From NCBI GenBank assembly GCA_030390025.1, contig CM059431.1, positions 106,084,001-106,148,000 on the forward strand: DNA of 64,000 nt, written 5' to 3'. Shown here piece by piece: positions 38,746-51,275 of the stretch. How positions within the stretch are numbered: position 1 is the stretch's first letter; the number at the start of each line of letters is the position of its first letter. The position numbers and the translations under genes are program-made. This DNA comes from Squalus acanthias (lineage: Eukaryota). The notes under the pieces are model-generated. The model was not told the DNA's origin, did not search any database, and saw only the letters and a list, made by a program, of their open reading frames with translations.

Positions 38746-38904
38746 AACAGTTTCATTCTTACTGAAAATATTCATAATCTCACCGAAGATTCCCATTTTT
38801 TAAAATCCAGCAATGATTTGCAATTGTTTGAAGCACATCAGTCTTTTCTGCATTAAATTAAAATGATAGAAATCAGCCTTCATTGTTGCTGGGTCAAAAT
38901 CCTG

Positions 38905-39253
38905 GATGCAGGAAGGCTATTCCCGATGGCAGGGGAGTCCAGAACCAGGGGTCACAGTCTAAGGATAAGGGGTAAGCCATTTAGGACTGAGATGAGGAGG
39001 AATTTCTTCACCCAGAGAGTGGTGAACCTGTGGAATTCTTTACCACAGAAGGCAGTTGAGGCCAATTCATTAAATATATTCAAGAAGGAGTTAGATATAT
39101 TTCTTAAGGCTAAGGGGATCAAGGGATATGGGGAGAAAGCAGGGACAGGGTACTGAATTTGGATGATCAGCCATGATCGCATTGAATGGCGGAGCAGGCT
39201 CGAGGGGCCGAATGGTCTACTCCTGCTCCTATCTTCTATGTTTCTATGTTTCT
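38905..39253 (+). mobile_element. CR1 3' fragment nested in LINE-B
   Basis: LFPMAGESRTRGHSL..RRNFFTQRVVNLWNSLP, with a (CTATGTTT)n tail. Confidence 0.9.
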
Positions 39254-39390
39254 AACTCCCTCCCCAACAGCACTGTGGGAAGTACCTTCACCTCACGGGC
39301 TGCAGCGGTTCAAGGCGGCGGCTCACCACCACCTTCTCAAGGGCAATTAGGGCTGGACAATAAATGCTGGCCTTGCCAGTGATGCCCACA

Positions 39391-39950
39391 TAGAATCATA
39401 GAATGGTTACAGCACAGAAGGAGGCCATTTGGCCCGTCGAGCCCGTGCCGGCTCTCTGCAAGAGCACTTCAGCTGGTTCCACTCCCCCGCCCTTTTCCTG
39501 TAGCCCTGCAAATTGTTTTCCTTCATGTACTTATCCAATTCCCTTTTGAAAGCCTCGATTGAATCTGCCTCCACCACCCTTTCAGGCAGTGCATTCCAGA
39601 TCCTAACCACTCACTGCGTGAAAAAGTTTTTCCTCATGTCGCCTTTGGCTCTTCTGCCAATCGCCCTAAATCTGTGTCCTCTGGTTCTCGACCCTTCCGC
39701 CAATGGGAACAGTTTTTCTCTATCTACTCTGTCCGGACCCCTCATGATTTTGAACACCTCTATCAAATCTCCTCTCAACCTTCTCTGCTCCAAGGAGAAC
39801 AACCCCAGCTTCTCCAGTCTATCCACATAACTGAAGTCCCTCATCCCTGGAACCATTCTCGTAAGTCTTTTCTGCACCCTCTCTAAGGCCTTCACATCCT
39901 TCCTAAAGGCACAATTGGGCAAAATACTCCAACTGTGGCCTGAACCAGTG
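39391..39950 (-). mobile_element. CR1 3' fragment nested in LINE-B
   Basis: RKDVKALERVQKRLTRMVPG..RRLRGDLIEVFKI. Confidence 0.9.
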
Positions 39951-40768
39951 AACGAATCCCATGAACGAATAATAAAAAAATGCAGCCTGCGTCCCCATAA
40001 CGTCACCAAAACTAATTTCTGGAACTTCAATTTGTGTTCTGTCCAGTCAAATCATTCTGTAAAAGTCCAAGCATGAGAACTAGAATGTATATAATTTCAA
40101 AGGGATAAAGTTGTTTAAACAACTGAGCATCCATTCACAACATGTGTAATCACATCGCCAGATCAGTAGGAATGTGTTTTTAATACCTCTCTTGGTTAGA
40201 CATCATTATCCATTCCAGGTGCCTCCCTTGAAGCAATGTTTTACTCATTAGTACACTGAAAAGCAACTGCTAACAAAATGTCATGCCCTGCTCTAAATGA
40301 GGGTGGCAGCTAATTTCTGCAGGGCTGTTTGTCACTGTTTTGCTGACTAAAATTATCAATATTTTTGACAAGACTGAGGCAGTTAAAATGTTGAGAACAT
40401 GAATGGATGACAGTTTAGAAGTGCAACCTGCTGTGCATCTGCCCCTCAAAGACTTTGAAATGTTCTCAATGCATCATCTTCCTTCCTTCGCTGTAAGCCT
40501 GTATTTACCGCACTCGAATGCTTACCAACCGTGTCAAAACATTAGTGTTTTATCTCCAATCCGTGCCCTGGAAAGTCAGCTGCACATAAAACACCAGCCA
40601 ATGCTGCTGCAGAATTCTAAGTGAGATGCGATAACGTGCTACACAATGGTTCCATTATTAAATGGCCTGCTGAGTGTGGCCGTAGATGTGTTGCATCTGC
40701 GGGTTAGAGAGGGAAGGATCAAGCCAGATTCCTTCTCTTCATTCTTAACCAATGACTCCTGATGGAAA

Positions 40769-40773
<5 letters not shown>

Positions 40774-40803
<30 letters not shown>
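40774..40803. repeat. (GT)n microsatellite
   Basis: Perfect GT run. Confidence 0.95.
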
Positions 40804-40804
<1 letters not shown>

Positions 40805-41209
40805 TGTATGCTGGGAGTTTGGTTTGCAAAAACCATGGCATCCTGAAATACGGCAAGGTGTTGAAGATCAAAGAACCACCAGGGACCACTTCCACCAACA
40901 CAATTCTGCACCCTCAGGAAAGGAGGGGGAAAATCATCGTCATGACGAAGTTAAATTAAGTACTGCATCAGGAAAGTACCGCGTGGCTAAATCCACATCG
41001 TGACTAGGCGTGGGTTAAATAACCCCAAAAAGAGTATGGTTCAAGAAATAAAATTTACGTTCAGCTCCATAAACCTGTCGTTGCATGAAACTGTGCTGAT
41101 CCTCCTTTTTTTTTTAAAAAGGAACACTGTTTGCATGAAAGCCTGTTGTATTTTCTGTTTGTAGAGAGAGAAGAGCCGAAACAGCTTCATCTCTGTTAAC
41201 AGGAATATT

Positions 41210-41973
41210 GGCCCGGATTTTGTGACCCTCACGGGTGTGTACGAGCTGTGTACACACCCGTAGGGGCCTCGCAAGTGCCGGTTTCAGGCATGCGAAGCGC
41301 ATGCGCTGAAAACCGGCATTTCCGATCTGTGGAAGAATCCTCTTGACAGATCGGACGCCTGCCCTGGAGAAGGGCCTCTGTGGGGGGAAGAGTTCTGCTT
41401 TCTGCAGAACCTCTGCCCGCTGAAAACCCTTAGAAATCCTATGCCTGGTAAAAGCCTGCTTAAGGCCTGCTTTTACCAGCATAAGAGTTTAAAAAAATAA
41501 AAAAATAATTTTTTTTTCACTCATTTATAATTTAAAAATACTTTTATAAAAGGTAAGTTTATTTTTAGCCCCGTAAAAAACTTTAATTATTTTTTTCAAA
41601 AAATTAAATTTTTGTTTAAAGTATTTGATTTAATGTAATTTTAACTAATTTTAAATACGTGATTTAAAAAAATAATTAATTTTTATCTGTTTAACTGATC
41701 CCCATTCATACTTTTGACAGATCTGTGCGTACGGACCTGTCAAAAGTGTGAAAGGGGATTCCCTTCTTTGATTGGTTCCCCATGGCCCACGTGATCCCAG
41801 GGACGCTCGCGAACCGCCTGCGCCCCTGGGATACCTGGACCTCTGCGCGCGCGCACCAGGAGAGGCCCAGGATCGGAAGTCTCGGGACCTACGGAGCCAG
41901 CAGGTAAGTTCGTAGATTTTTTCCGATCAGAGTCATCCGCCCGCAGGAAGCCTCCGATCGGAAAATCCTGCCC
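41210..41973. mobile_element. Non-autonomous DNA transposon (MITE), PIF/Harbinger-like
   Basis: TIRs GGCCCGGATTTT / AAAATCCTGCCC, 3-bp TSD ATT, GC-rich ends with an AT-rich centre. A truncated sister copy lies at 1850-2369. Confidence 0.8.
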
Positions 41974-43199
41974 ATTATGTGCAAATATTGCAATCACCTT
42001 CATCCCTTTGCTGTAAAGCTGTACTTACAGCACTTTAACGTTAATGAATAGTGTCAACACATTCGTGTTTTATCTTCAATCCACTGCCTGTAAAGTCTGC
42101 TGCACAAAACAGGTCCGTGCCGCTGCACATACGGTTTGCACCATTGTGCAATTTCCCGTCCTTCCTGTTTATCCGCATCTTTCGATTTAAGTGCCTACTC
42201 ACGTTCCTAGTTTTTCCTTCCAAAATGTATCATTTCACATATCTGCCACCTGTCTTTCAGTTGCGATAACTTGTCCATAGATGCAGATAGTGAGCTTGAG
42301 GACAGTGGCACTGTGTGATAGAGACAGAACTACAAATCAGGAGCAGGTTGCTGTGGAACAGGAGAAGCAGGAACCAGCTGTCCAGAAATCTGCTCACGTC
42401 CAGCCACATCTGATAAGGATAGGGATCTGGGCCTCCAGAGCCTTGTTTTTCAAAGAAAGGTTCTTTCTAAGCATGTAAGATTGCTGCAGTCATTAGAGTG
42501 TGTGCCTGGCAGCATTCAGTGCCGAGGACTCCACAATTCTCATGTGTGATGGACTGATGCATGGAATAGTAACTCTGCAGTCCATCATGTTTATATACTG
42601 TTTCCAATGGCTGAAGAGGCGATAACCAGAGGGCACAGATTTGAGGTGATTGACAAAAGAACCAGAGGCAACATGAGGAAAAACTTTTTTACGCAACGAT
42701 TTGCATCCTTAAGGGGGATTGAAAAATTGTGGTTCAAGCCTCAGCTGTTTCCCTCTTTGTCAGGTAAAGATTGACATGAGGTATGGATACATCCAGCTTT
42801 CCAGGGTGAAAAGGCAGGACAAAATGCATCAATGGGGGGGTCTTAAATACTCAGTCAGATTTTTTGAAAATACAGGATTGCTATTCGCTCAACCATATAT
42901 TTTTAAACTCAAAGGAAGACAAGTGTAATGGACTGAGGAGAAAGAAATGCGCCTTTGCGACACAAGATAATATAATCAGTCCTATCAACACATTATCAAT
43001 GGCAATGGAGTGCTTACAACTGCTGCCCAACCAACTCACTCAAAATTGAAGTAAACAGCTGCCTTTTCAAACTGATCAAGTAACAATGAAGAACGTATCT
43101 TGTACAGGACTGAAGGGTTTGGGGTAAAGTTTTATTGTGGGGTTCTACCAGCCAAATCATCCTTCAGCTGAACTGTCGGCTATACAGTTAAACCGCAGT

Positions 43200-43427
43200 G
43201 GCCTGGCCAATATTTATCCTTCAACCAACATCACTGGGAAAAAAGTGTGATTATCTGGTCATTGTCACATTGCTGTCTGTGGGAGCTTGCTGTGTGCAGT
43301 TTGGCTGCCGCGTTTCCTAAATTACAACAGCGACTATACTTCAAAAAGTACTTCATTGGCTGTAAAGCGCTTTGGGAAGTCCTGAGGTCATGAAAGGTGA
43401 TATATTAATGCATGTCTTTCTCTTTTT
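43200..43427 (+). mobile_element. Same SINE family, 3' half
   Basis: CCTGGCCAATATTTATCC..GGCTGTAAAGCGCTTTGGG. Confidence 0.75.
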
Positions 43428-43504
43428 ATACACTAAATTTTCAACATGGTGGTGAAATCATTCGGGATAGGGTAGGATTTTTCAAGTGTTCAAAAGGCTT
43501 TTAA

Positions 43505-44330
43505 AAATAACAACTTCCATTTATATTGTGCCTTTAACGTAGAGAACATCACAAGGTGCTTAAACAGGGGGGTGGGGGAAATGACAGTGAACAATAGTGA
43601 GAGATTAGGAGGGGGGTCTAAAAAATGTTTGCAAGGATAGGTATTGAGGAGGGGCTTAAAGGTGTGAGAAAACCTCAAGTTAAAGGTGAACGGTTTGAGA
43701 GGGAGTTTAAGAGAGCAGGGCTAAGACACCTGGGCGATCTGGCAGCAATGGTGGGGGTGATGCACAGGAGGTAAGTCAAAAGACCAAAGGGCACACACAG
43801 GAAGGGAGTACAAGTGTGCAAGACATGGAACATTCGGGTCCTACCACTGGACAAATAGATATTGGGCAATGCAAGTCAACTTCCATATAAAGTGGACCCT
43901 TAGACCACTTAAGGGAGTGACGAACTCCACTGTACCTGAGAAGGTATCTATGGCAGTCCCAAATCTGTAACGGGGATTCTTTGCACAGTTTCACTCAGAA
44001 ACGAGGACACTGGTAATTTTGACCAAGGCAGTCTTGATACAGGACAGCAAGTGGACTGAACAGGAAATAGAGGGAAAGGTAAGCATGAAGCTGCGTGGCA
44101 ACGACCTTAAAAGGGGAAACAGAAGGGATGTTATGGATGAAGCTGGAGAAGTCAGAGTGATCAAGGATGGGCTTCTGAAGGGAAGGGCGGTGAAGATGGC
44201 TGTCTTCAATGGGTGAAGAATGGTGCCAGAGCAAAGGGACCCATTACAATGTCAGTAATATTGAGTTAAGGAAAGGAATTTCGGAGGAGGTGTGGGAAGG
44301 GTATTGAGGAAGCATGAGGTATTCCTAATG
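43505..44330 (-). mobile_element. Old diverged L2 fragments
   Basis: L2 tail at 43505-43560. Residual RT-like peptides (LQKPILD; TALVKIT). Confidence 0.55.
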
Positions 44331-45404
44331 GAAAAAATATGTCCATGTGCTCAGTGCATCATATTTCAATGCAAAACCTCGCTGGGGACAGTATATGACT
44401 GCGCTCTATCTCGAATGCTCCCAACATTGCACTACGAAACATAAATTCTAGGCATGAGGTTCAGCCACTTTGTACTCTTAGACGGAAACTGCAGTGAAAA
44501 AGTTGAACTTCAGATCCAGTATACTATCGTCAGTTTTTAATTTGTGATTTTAAACTCTGCTTTAGAAGGACACATCTACGTGGTTCCTTAAAACGGTGAC
44601 TGATATGCTGCAGTTCAAAGCTATCTGTGTTATCTGATATAAACTCTTAAACCTCTTGGAGTAACCATCTATACAGTATAAATGCACGTAAAGGGGGAAG
44701 ATTATACAAAAGGTATTAATACGTATGCCTAATGGTTTAAAACTCTTACCAATAACACCAAATTCATTCCTCTTACCTCACTTGTTTTGAAGATTATCAA
44801 ATGAAGTTTTAAAAATAAATGAGGTGTCTACCGATGACACCCAGCTCTACCTCTCAACTCCTCCACTGCCTCTGTGCCGTCAGATTGCTTAGCCAACAGC
44901 CAGTCTTGGATGACACGTAATTTCCTCCATCCAAACGTTGGGACGACCAAAGCCTTTGTCTTCAGCCCCCGACACAAACTCTGTATCCTTGCCAGCGACA
45001 CCATGCCCCCCCTCCTTAAAACTCATCTCATTGACCAAACTTTTTTTATTTTCCCAATTATGCCTCTGTGAAGCGCTTTGGGGCATGTTTCTATGTTACA
45101 GATGCTATATAAATGCAAGATGCTGTTGTTGTTGGCACTTATTTGGCCCTGCCCTGAGGTTCCCAATCCTAATCGGCCATACGTTTATGGAAATCTGGTG
45201 TGTACTTGGTCTTGTTGTTTTTAACTGCATCACAATTCAGTCAACTGTCCTGCCCAATAGTAGGTGGCCAGAACTGAAGAATCACTGCGATGAATGGACT
45301 CCATTCAATGCCATCAAGTGCAATCACAAAAGAAAACTTACCTTCCGAAAACACTGAACATACAGTAATGTATGCAATATTTAAACGCCCAACTGTATTA
45401 ATAA

Positions 45405-46840
45405 CACAGAAGGCGGGATATATTGAGAGAGTGGTCAGCAAAGCATATGGGATCTTGGGCTTCATAAATAAGAGGTATTGCATACAAAATTGGAGAAGTT
45501 ATGCTGAACTTTTATAAAGCGCTGGTTAGGCCATAGCTGGAGTTACTGCATCCAGTTCTGGTCACCACACTTTAGGAAGGATGTGAAGGCACTTGAGAGG
45601 GTAGACAGGAGATTTACCAGAATGGTTCCGGGGATGGAGGATCTTAGCTACAAAGACAGGTTGGAGAAGCTAGATTTGTTTTCATTAGAGCAAAGGAGGT
45701 TGCGGAGTGATTTGATAGAGGTGTACAAGATTATGACGGGTTTGGATAGGCTAGACGGGGAAAGGCTGTTCCGACTAGTTGATGGTACAAGGACTAGGGG
45801 ACACAGATGTAAGGTTCTGGGCAAGAGATACAGGGGGGATGTGAGCAAAAACTTTTTACGCAGCGAGTGGTGAGGACCTGGAACTCACTGCCGACGGAAG
45901 TGGTGGAAGCGGACACACTCGGGAAAAAATTGAGTTGCGCCCCCTTTGGGGCGCTAACTTCGCCGGGGCGCTACTTTTAGCACCCCGAAAAAATTAGCGC
46001 CCCCGCAGCCGAAATTGATCGGTAGCACCCCAGGAGGGAAACGGGGTGGTACTGGAAGCGCCCCGCCTCCCTCTTGGGGTGCTGTGAGTGAATGTCGCGG
46101 CGCTACGTGCCGCAACGCCATGCCCTGTGGCACGTTGTACCGCGGTACTGCAGGCCTTCCTCCTCTTATTAAAGGGGAGGGGCGTTGCGTAGCACGATCC
46201 GAGGCCCAGCTGGGCCAGCAGGGATCGGAGTGCCGGCAAAAGAGCCCAGCACTCAAGAGAAGTGTCAGGCTCATGGAGCGCAGCCGGTACTCCGCGGGGG
46301 GGCTGAAGAGGAGGCCGGGGACGGCAGAGGGGGCAGGTGCTGGCAGGCGGCCAGCAACAAAAATGGCCACCCAGCACCTTCCCTTTAATTAGCACCGCCC
46401 CAGCCACAGGTTGACACCCCTGACCCCGTCGGATATAGCGTCCGGCGGTAAGTCAGGGGGCGCTACCGAAGATTGCGGCCGGGGTGCTACGCACAGCGAT
46501 GACGTCATCACCAGCAGTGCAGCGCCGTGGGACGCTAATGGTTACCGTCGCCGCTAACCTCCCACTGAATTTTGCGGGAGGCGTTGGCAGCACCACGCCC
46601 AGGCGCTAGTTGCTTTATGCCCCGTTAGCGCCCTCTTAGGGCGCTAACGGGAGGCGCAAAGCAACCAAATTTTTAGGCCTCAATGTTTTCAAGGGGAGAC
46701 TGGATAGGCACTTAAGGGAACTAAACTTGCAGGGCTATGGGGATAGAGCAGGGGAATGGGACTGACTGGATTGCTCTACAGAGAGCCGGCATGGACTCGA
46801 TGGGCCGATGGCCTCCTTCTGTGCCGTTATGACTCTATGA
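45405..46840 (+). mobile_element. CR1 3' fragment interrupted by a MITE
   Basis: KAYGILGFI..ALERVDRRFTRMVPG..RRLRSDLIEVYKI. Resumes after 46678 and ends ATGACTCTATGA. Confidence 0.9.
45921..46678. mobile_element. GC-rich MITE inserted in CR1
   Basis: Imperfect 18-bp TIRs (..AAAAATT..GTTGC), 3-bp TSD CTC. The reconstructed empty site ACACTCAATG is continuous CR1 sequence. Confidence 0.82.
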
Positions 46841-49800
46841 TGTAAATCAAATACTGACTTTCCCTTCGAGCCATTGGGTTATGTCGTGAGCCATCAGTCA
46901 ACAATTTGTAGCTTTCAGTAAAGCCAGTAGGTCAGCAGTATTGATACCACATGCTTTTAAAGGAAGCACTTGCTTGACTGTTGTCAGATATTTGTTCTTG
47001 AAGCCTGAATTTTAATAAGAACCTCTTCATGTTTTTTAATATCTTCCCCATTCTTACTGGTATCAGGGAGTCATGAATCGCACCTTCCTGCATGTATTTC
47101 GAATCTCTGGAATCTGCATTACTCTCCACGTTCTCACACACGACAGTCAGCAGGACTGACATAACTAAACGATAAACACTACTGTTAAAAAGCAGGACCT
47201 CAAAGGTTGTAATCTCTGGATTACTCCTGGTGCCAAGTGCTAGTGAGTATAGGAATAGGATGATAGAGCAGATGAATGCGTGGCTAAAGAGTTGGTGCAG
47301 GAAGGAGGACTTTAGTTTCCTGGATCACTGGGTCTGTTTCTGGGGAAGGTGGGATCTGTACAAGTCGGACGGGTTGCACCTGAACCGGAATGGGACCAAC
47401 ATCCTTGCAGGGAGGTTTGCTAGTGCTGTTGGGGGGGAGTGGGGGGGGTTTAAACTAACTTGGCAGGGGGATGGGATACAGAGTGGAGCTATAGTAGGGA
47501 GTGATGCACAGCCAAATATAGAGGAAAAAACAAGTCAGTCTGGAAGGCAGAGCAAATATGTAAAGGCACAAGGGAGTATGGCAAGGCTGGATGGCATTTA
47601 TTTTAATGCAAGGAGTCTTACGAGTAAGGCAGATGAATTGAAGGTGTTGATGAACATATGGGAGTATGATATTGTTGCTATCACAGAGACATGGTTGAGG
47701 GAGGGGCAGGACTGGCAGCTCAATATTCCGGGGTATAGAATCTTCAGGCGAGACAGAGGGGGGTGTAAAAGAGGAGGGGGGTGTCGCAATATTAATCAAG
47801 GAGTCAATTACTGCAGTAAGGAGGGATGATAGCTTAGCAGGTTCCTCTAATGAGGCCATATGGGTAGAACTTAACAACAAAAAGGGGGCAAGCACTTTGC
47901 TGGGAGTGTACTATAGGCCCCCAAACAGTCAGGGGGAGATAGAAGAACAGATATGTAGACAAATCTCAGAGAAGTGTAGAAATAATAGGGTAATAATAGT
48001 AGGGAATTTCAACTTCCCCAATATTAACTGGGATAGTCAGAGTGTGAAAGGCTTAGAGGGTGCGGAATTCTTAAAGTGCATCCAGGAGAGATTTTTGAGC
48101 CAACATGTAGAAAGTCCTACAAGAGAGGGGGCGGTACTGGACCTAATTCTAGGGAATGTAGCCGGGCAAGTGGTAGAAGTGTCAATAGGAGTGCATTTTG
48201 GTGACAGTGACCATAATTCGGTGAGATTTAAGGTAGTCATGGAAAAGGACAAAGAAGGACCGGAAATAAAGGTTCTAAATTCGGGGAAGGCCAATTTTAA
48301 TATAATAAGGCAGGATCTGGCCAAAGTGGACTGGGATCAACTACTTGTAGGAAAATCCACATCAGTGGGAGTCATTCAGGAAGGAAATAGAGTACAGCGC
48401 CAACATGTTCCCATAAAGGTCAAGGGTGGGACCAACAAGTCCAGGGAACCCTGGATGTCAAGGTATATACAAGAATGGATTAGGGAAAAAAAGGGAGGCT
48501 TTTGGCAGATACAAAGGACTAAAAACAGTGGAAGCCCTAGAGGAGTATAGAAAGTGCAGGGGGGTACTTAAAAAAGAAATGAGAGTGAAGAGGGGGCATG
48601 AAAAAACACTGGTGGGCAAAATAAAGGAAAATCCCAAGGTGTTTTATAAGCATATTAAGGGCAAGAGGATAACCAGGGAAAGAGTAGGGCCCATGAGGGA
48701 CCAAAGTGGCAATCTGTGTGTAGAGCCGGAAGATGTAGGTGGGGTTTTAAATGAATATTTTGCATCTGTGTTCACTATGGAGAAGGGCGATGTAGGCATA
48801 GAAATCAGGCAGGGGGATTGTGATATACTTGAACAAATTAGCATTGAGGGGGAGGAGGTACTAGTGGTTTTAGCGGGCTTAAAAGTGGATAAATCCCCAG
48901 GCCCAGACGAGATGTATCACAGGCTGCTGTGAGGCAAGGGAGGAGATTGCAGAGGCTCTGACACAAATTTTCAGAACCTCTCTGGCCACAGGGGAGGTAC
49001 CAGAGGACTGGAGGACGGCTAACGTAGTACCATTATTCAAGCAGGGTAGTAGGGATAAACCAGGGAATTACAGGCCAGTGAGCCTAACATCAGAGGTAGG
49101 AAAATTATTGGAAAAAATTCTGAGAGACAGAATTAGTCTCCACTTGGAGAGGCAAGGATTAATCAAGGATAGTCAGCATGGCTTTGTCAGGGGGAGATCA
49201 TGTCTAACCAATTTGATTTAATTTTGAGAGGGGGTGACTAGGTGTGTGGATGAGGTTAGTGCAGTTGATGTAGTCTACATGGACTTCAGTAAGGCTTTTG
49301 ACAAAGTCCCACATGGGAGACTGGTCAAGAAAGTAAGAGCCCATGGGATCCAGGGCAATTTGGCACATTGGATCCAAAATTGGCTTAGTGGCAGGAGGCA
49401 GAGGGTGATGGTCGAAGGTTGTTTTTGTGACTGGAAGCCTGTGTCCAGTGGTGTACCACAGGGATCGGTGCTGGGTCCCTTGCTGTTTGTAGTGTACATT
49501 AATGATTTAGATATGAATGTAGGAGCTATGATCAGTAAGTTCGCAGATGACACGAAAATTGGTGGAGTGGTAAATGGCGAGGAGGGAAACCTCAGGCTAC
49601 AGGATGATATAGACGGGTTGGTCAGATGGGCAGAACAGTGGCAAATGGAATTTAACCCTGAAAAGTGTGAGGTGATGCATTTTGGGAGGACTAACAAGGC
49701 AAGGGAATACACAATGAATGGTAGGACCCTAGGAAGGACAGAGGATCAGAGGGACCTTGGTGTGCATGTACATAGATCCCTGAAGGCAGCAGGACAGGTA

Positions 49801-49911
49801 GATAAGGTGGTTAAAAAGGCATATGGGATACTTGCCTTCATTGGCCGAGGCATAGAATACAAGTGAGAAGTCGCACAACACCAGGTTATAGTCCAACAGT
49901 TTTATTTGAAA

Positions 49912-49948
49912 TCACAAGCTTTCGGAGCGCTGCTCCTTCGTCAGGTGA
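49912..49948 (-). ncRNA. Putative minimal type I hammerhead ribozyme motif (mirror copy)
   Basis: Minus strand reads UCAC-CUGACGA-A-GGAG(CAGCG)CUCC-GAAA-GCUU-GUGA. Confidence 0.65.
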
Positions 49949-49982
49949 AGTAAAGGAATACCTTTAAAGGTATTCCTTGACT

Positions 49983-50019
49983 TCACCTGATGAAGGAGCA
50001 GCACTCCGAAAGCTTGTGA
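49983..50019 (+). ncRNA. Putative minimal type I hammerhead ribozyme motif
   Basis: UCAC-CUGAUGA-A-GGAG(CAGCA)CUCC-GAAA-GCUU-GUGA: conserved core boxes, stem II, palindromic AGCU stem III, and stem I UCAC/GUGA. Confidence 0.65.
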
Positions 50020-50935
50020 TTTCAAATAAAACTGTTGGACTATAACCTGGTGTTGTGCGACTTCTCACTTTTGTCCACCCCAGTCCAACACCGGCATCTC
50101 CGCATCATGGAATATAAGAGCAGGGAGGTTATGATGGAGCTGTACAAAACGCTAGTTAGGCCACAGCTGGAATACTGTGTGCAGTTCTGGTCGCCACACT
50201 ATAGGAAGGATGTGATTGCATTGGAGAGGGTGCAGAGGAGATTCACCAGGATGTTACCTGGGCTGGAGCATTTCAGCTATGAAGAGAGACTGGACAGGCT
50301 GGGGTTGTTTTCCTTAGAGCAGAGAAGGCTGAGGGGGGACCTAATTGAGGTGTACAAATTTATGAGGGGCATAGATAGGGTAGATAGAAAGGAACTTTTC
50401 CCCTTAGTAGAGGGGTCAATAACCAGGGGGCATAGTTTCAAGGTAAGGGGCAGGAGGCTTAGAGGGGATTTGAGGAAAAGCTTTTTCACCCAGAGGGTGG
50501 TTGGAATCTGGAACTCACTGCCTGAAAGGGTGGTAGAGGCAGGAACCTTCACAACATTCAAGAAGCATTTAGATGAGCACTTGAAACGCCATAGCATACA
50601 AGGCTACGGACCAAGTGCTGGAAAATGGGATTAGAATAGACAGGGCTAGATGGCCGGCGCGGACACGATGGGCCGAACGGCCTCTTTCTGTGCTGTATGA
50701 CTCTATGCCTGTGACCGGCACTATATTAACTGCTGTCTTTAGTCATAGAGGATAGTCTAGTCACTTGATCTAAATATCTCATCCAATTGATTTCCAGCCG
50801 AAGAGGCCTAATACAATTCACATTATACTAGTCACGAAGTAAAATATGGGGAAAAATAAAGTCAGGCTTAGGTTTCAACTTGAGAGCACACTTAATAGGT
50901 TTCTAGCATGAAGGAGGTGGCATACTATTTTTTTC

Positions 50936-51275
50936 TGTGTGAGTGAGTGTGAGTGAGTGTGTGAGTGCATGAGTGACTGCGTGCGTGAGTGTGTGCGTGA
51001 GTGTGTGTGAATGAGTGTGTGAGTGAGTGCGTGAGTGTGTTCGTGCGTGACTGCATGCATGAGTGAGTGAGTGAGTGTGTGAGTGAGTGAGTGACGCGTG
51101 AGTGACTGCGTGCGTGTGTGAGTGAGTGACGCGTGAGTGACTGCGTGCGTGTGTGAGTGAGTGAGTGCGGGCGTGCGTGACTGCGTGAGTGAGTGTGTGA
51201 ATGAGTGCGTGAGTGACTGCGTGCGAGTGTGAGTGAGTGAGTGAGTGCGGGCATGCGTGAGTGAGTGAGTATGTG
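50936..51275. repeat. (GAGT/GCGT)n compound microsatellite
   Basis: Tetranucleotide-derived repeat. Confidence 0.93.

Larger units (their letters stand above)
49861..50108. mobile_element. Penelope-like (PLE)-derived fold-back insertion: 210-bp palindrome plus ~38-bp tail, nested in the CR1
   Basis: Arms 49861-49965 and 49966-50070 are reverse complements with 3 mismatches and no loop. Flanked by CATAGAATACAAG (49851-49863) and CATGGAATATAAG (50106-50118). The CR1 reading frame resumes afterwards (EYKSREVM). Confidence 0.8.
47185..50707 (+). mobile_element. CR1-clade LINE, 5'-truncated and disrupted: end of ORF1 (SGNH esterase-like), ORF2 APE endonuclease + reverse transcriptase, 3' UTR
   Basis: Successive ORF fragments: ORF1 end (VVISGLL..MNAWLKSWCRKE..DGLHLN); APE motifs (NARSL, IVAITETWL, GVYYRPPN, GNFNFP, SDH); RT motifs (YMDFSKAFDKVPH, GVPQGSVLGP, FADD); CR1 C-terminus (LVRPQLEYCVQFWSP, RRLRGDLIE, FFTQRVV..WNSLP); (CTATGA)-type tail. 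Several frameshifts, and an insertion at ~49864-50105. Confidence 0.95.

Noticed and set aside
46932..47162. 76-aa minus-strand ORF with a possible GTAAGA donor
   Set aside because: Weak acceptor and no recognisable homology.
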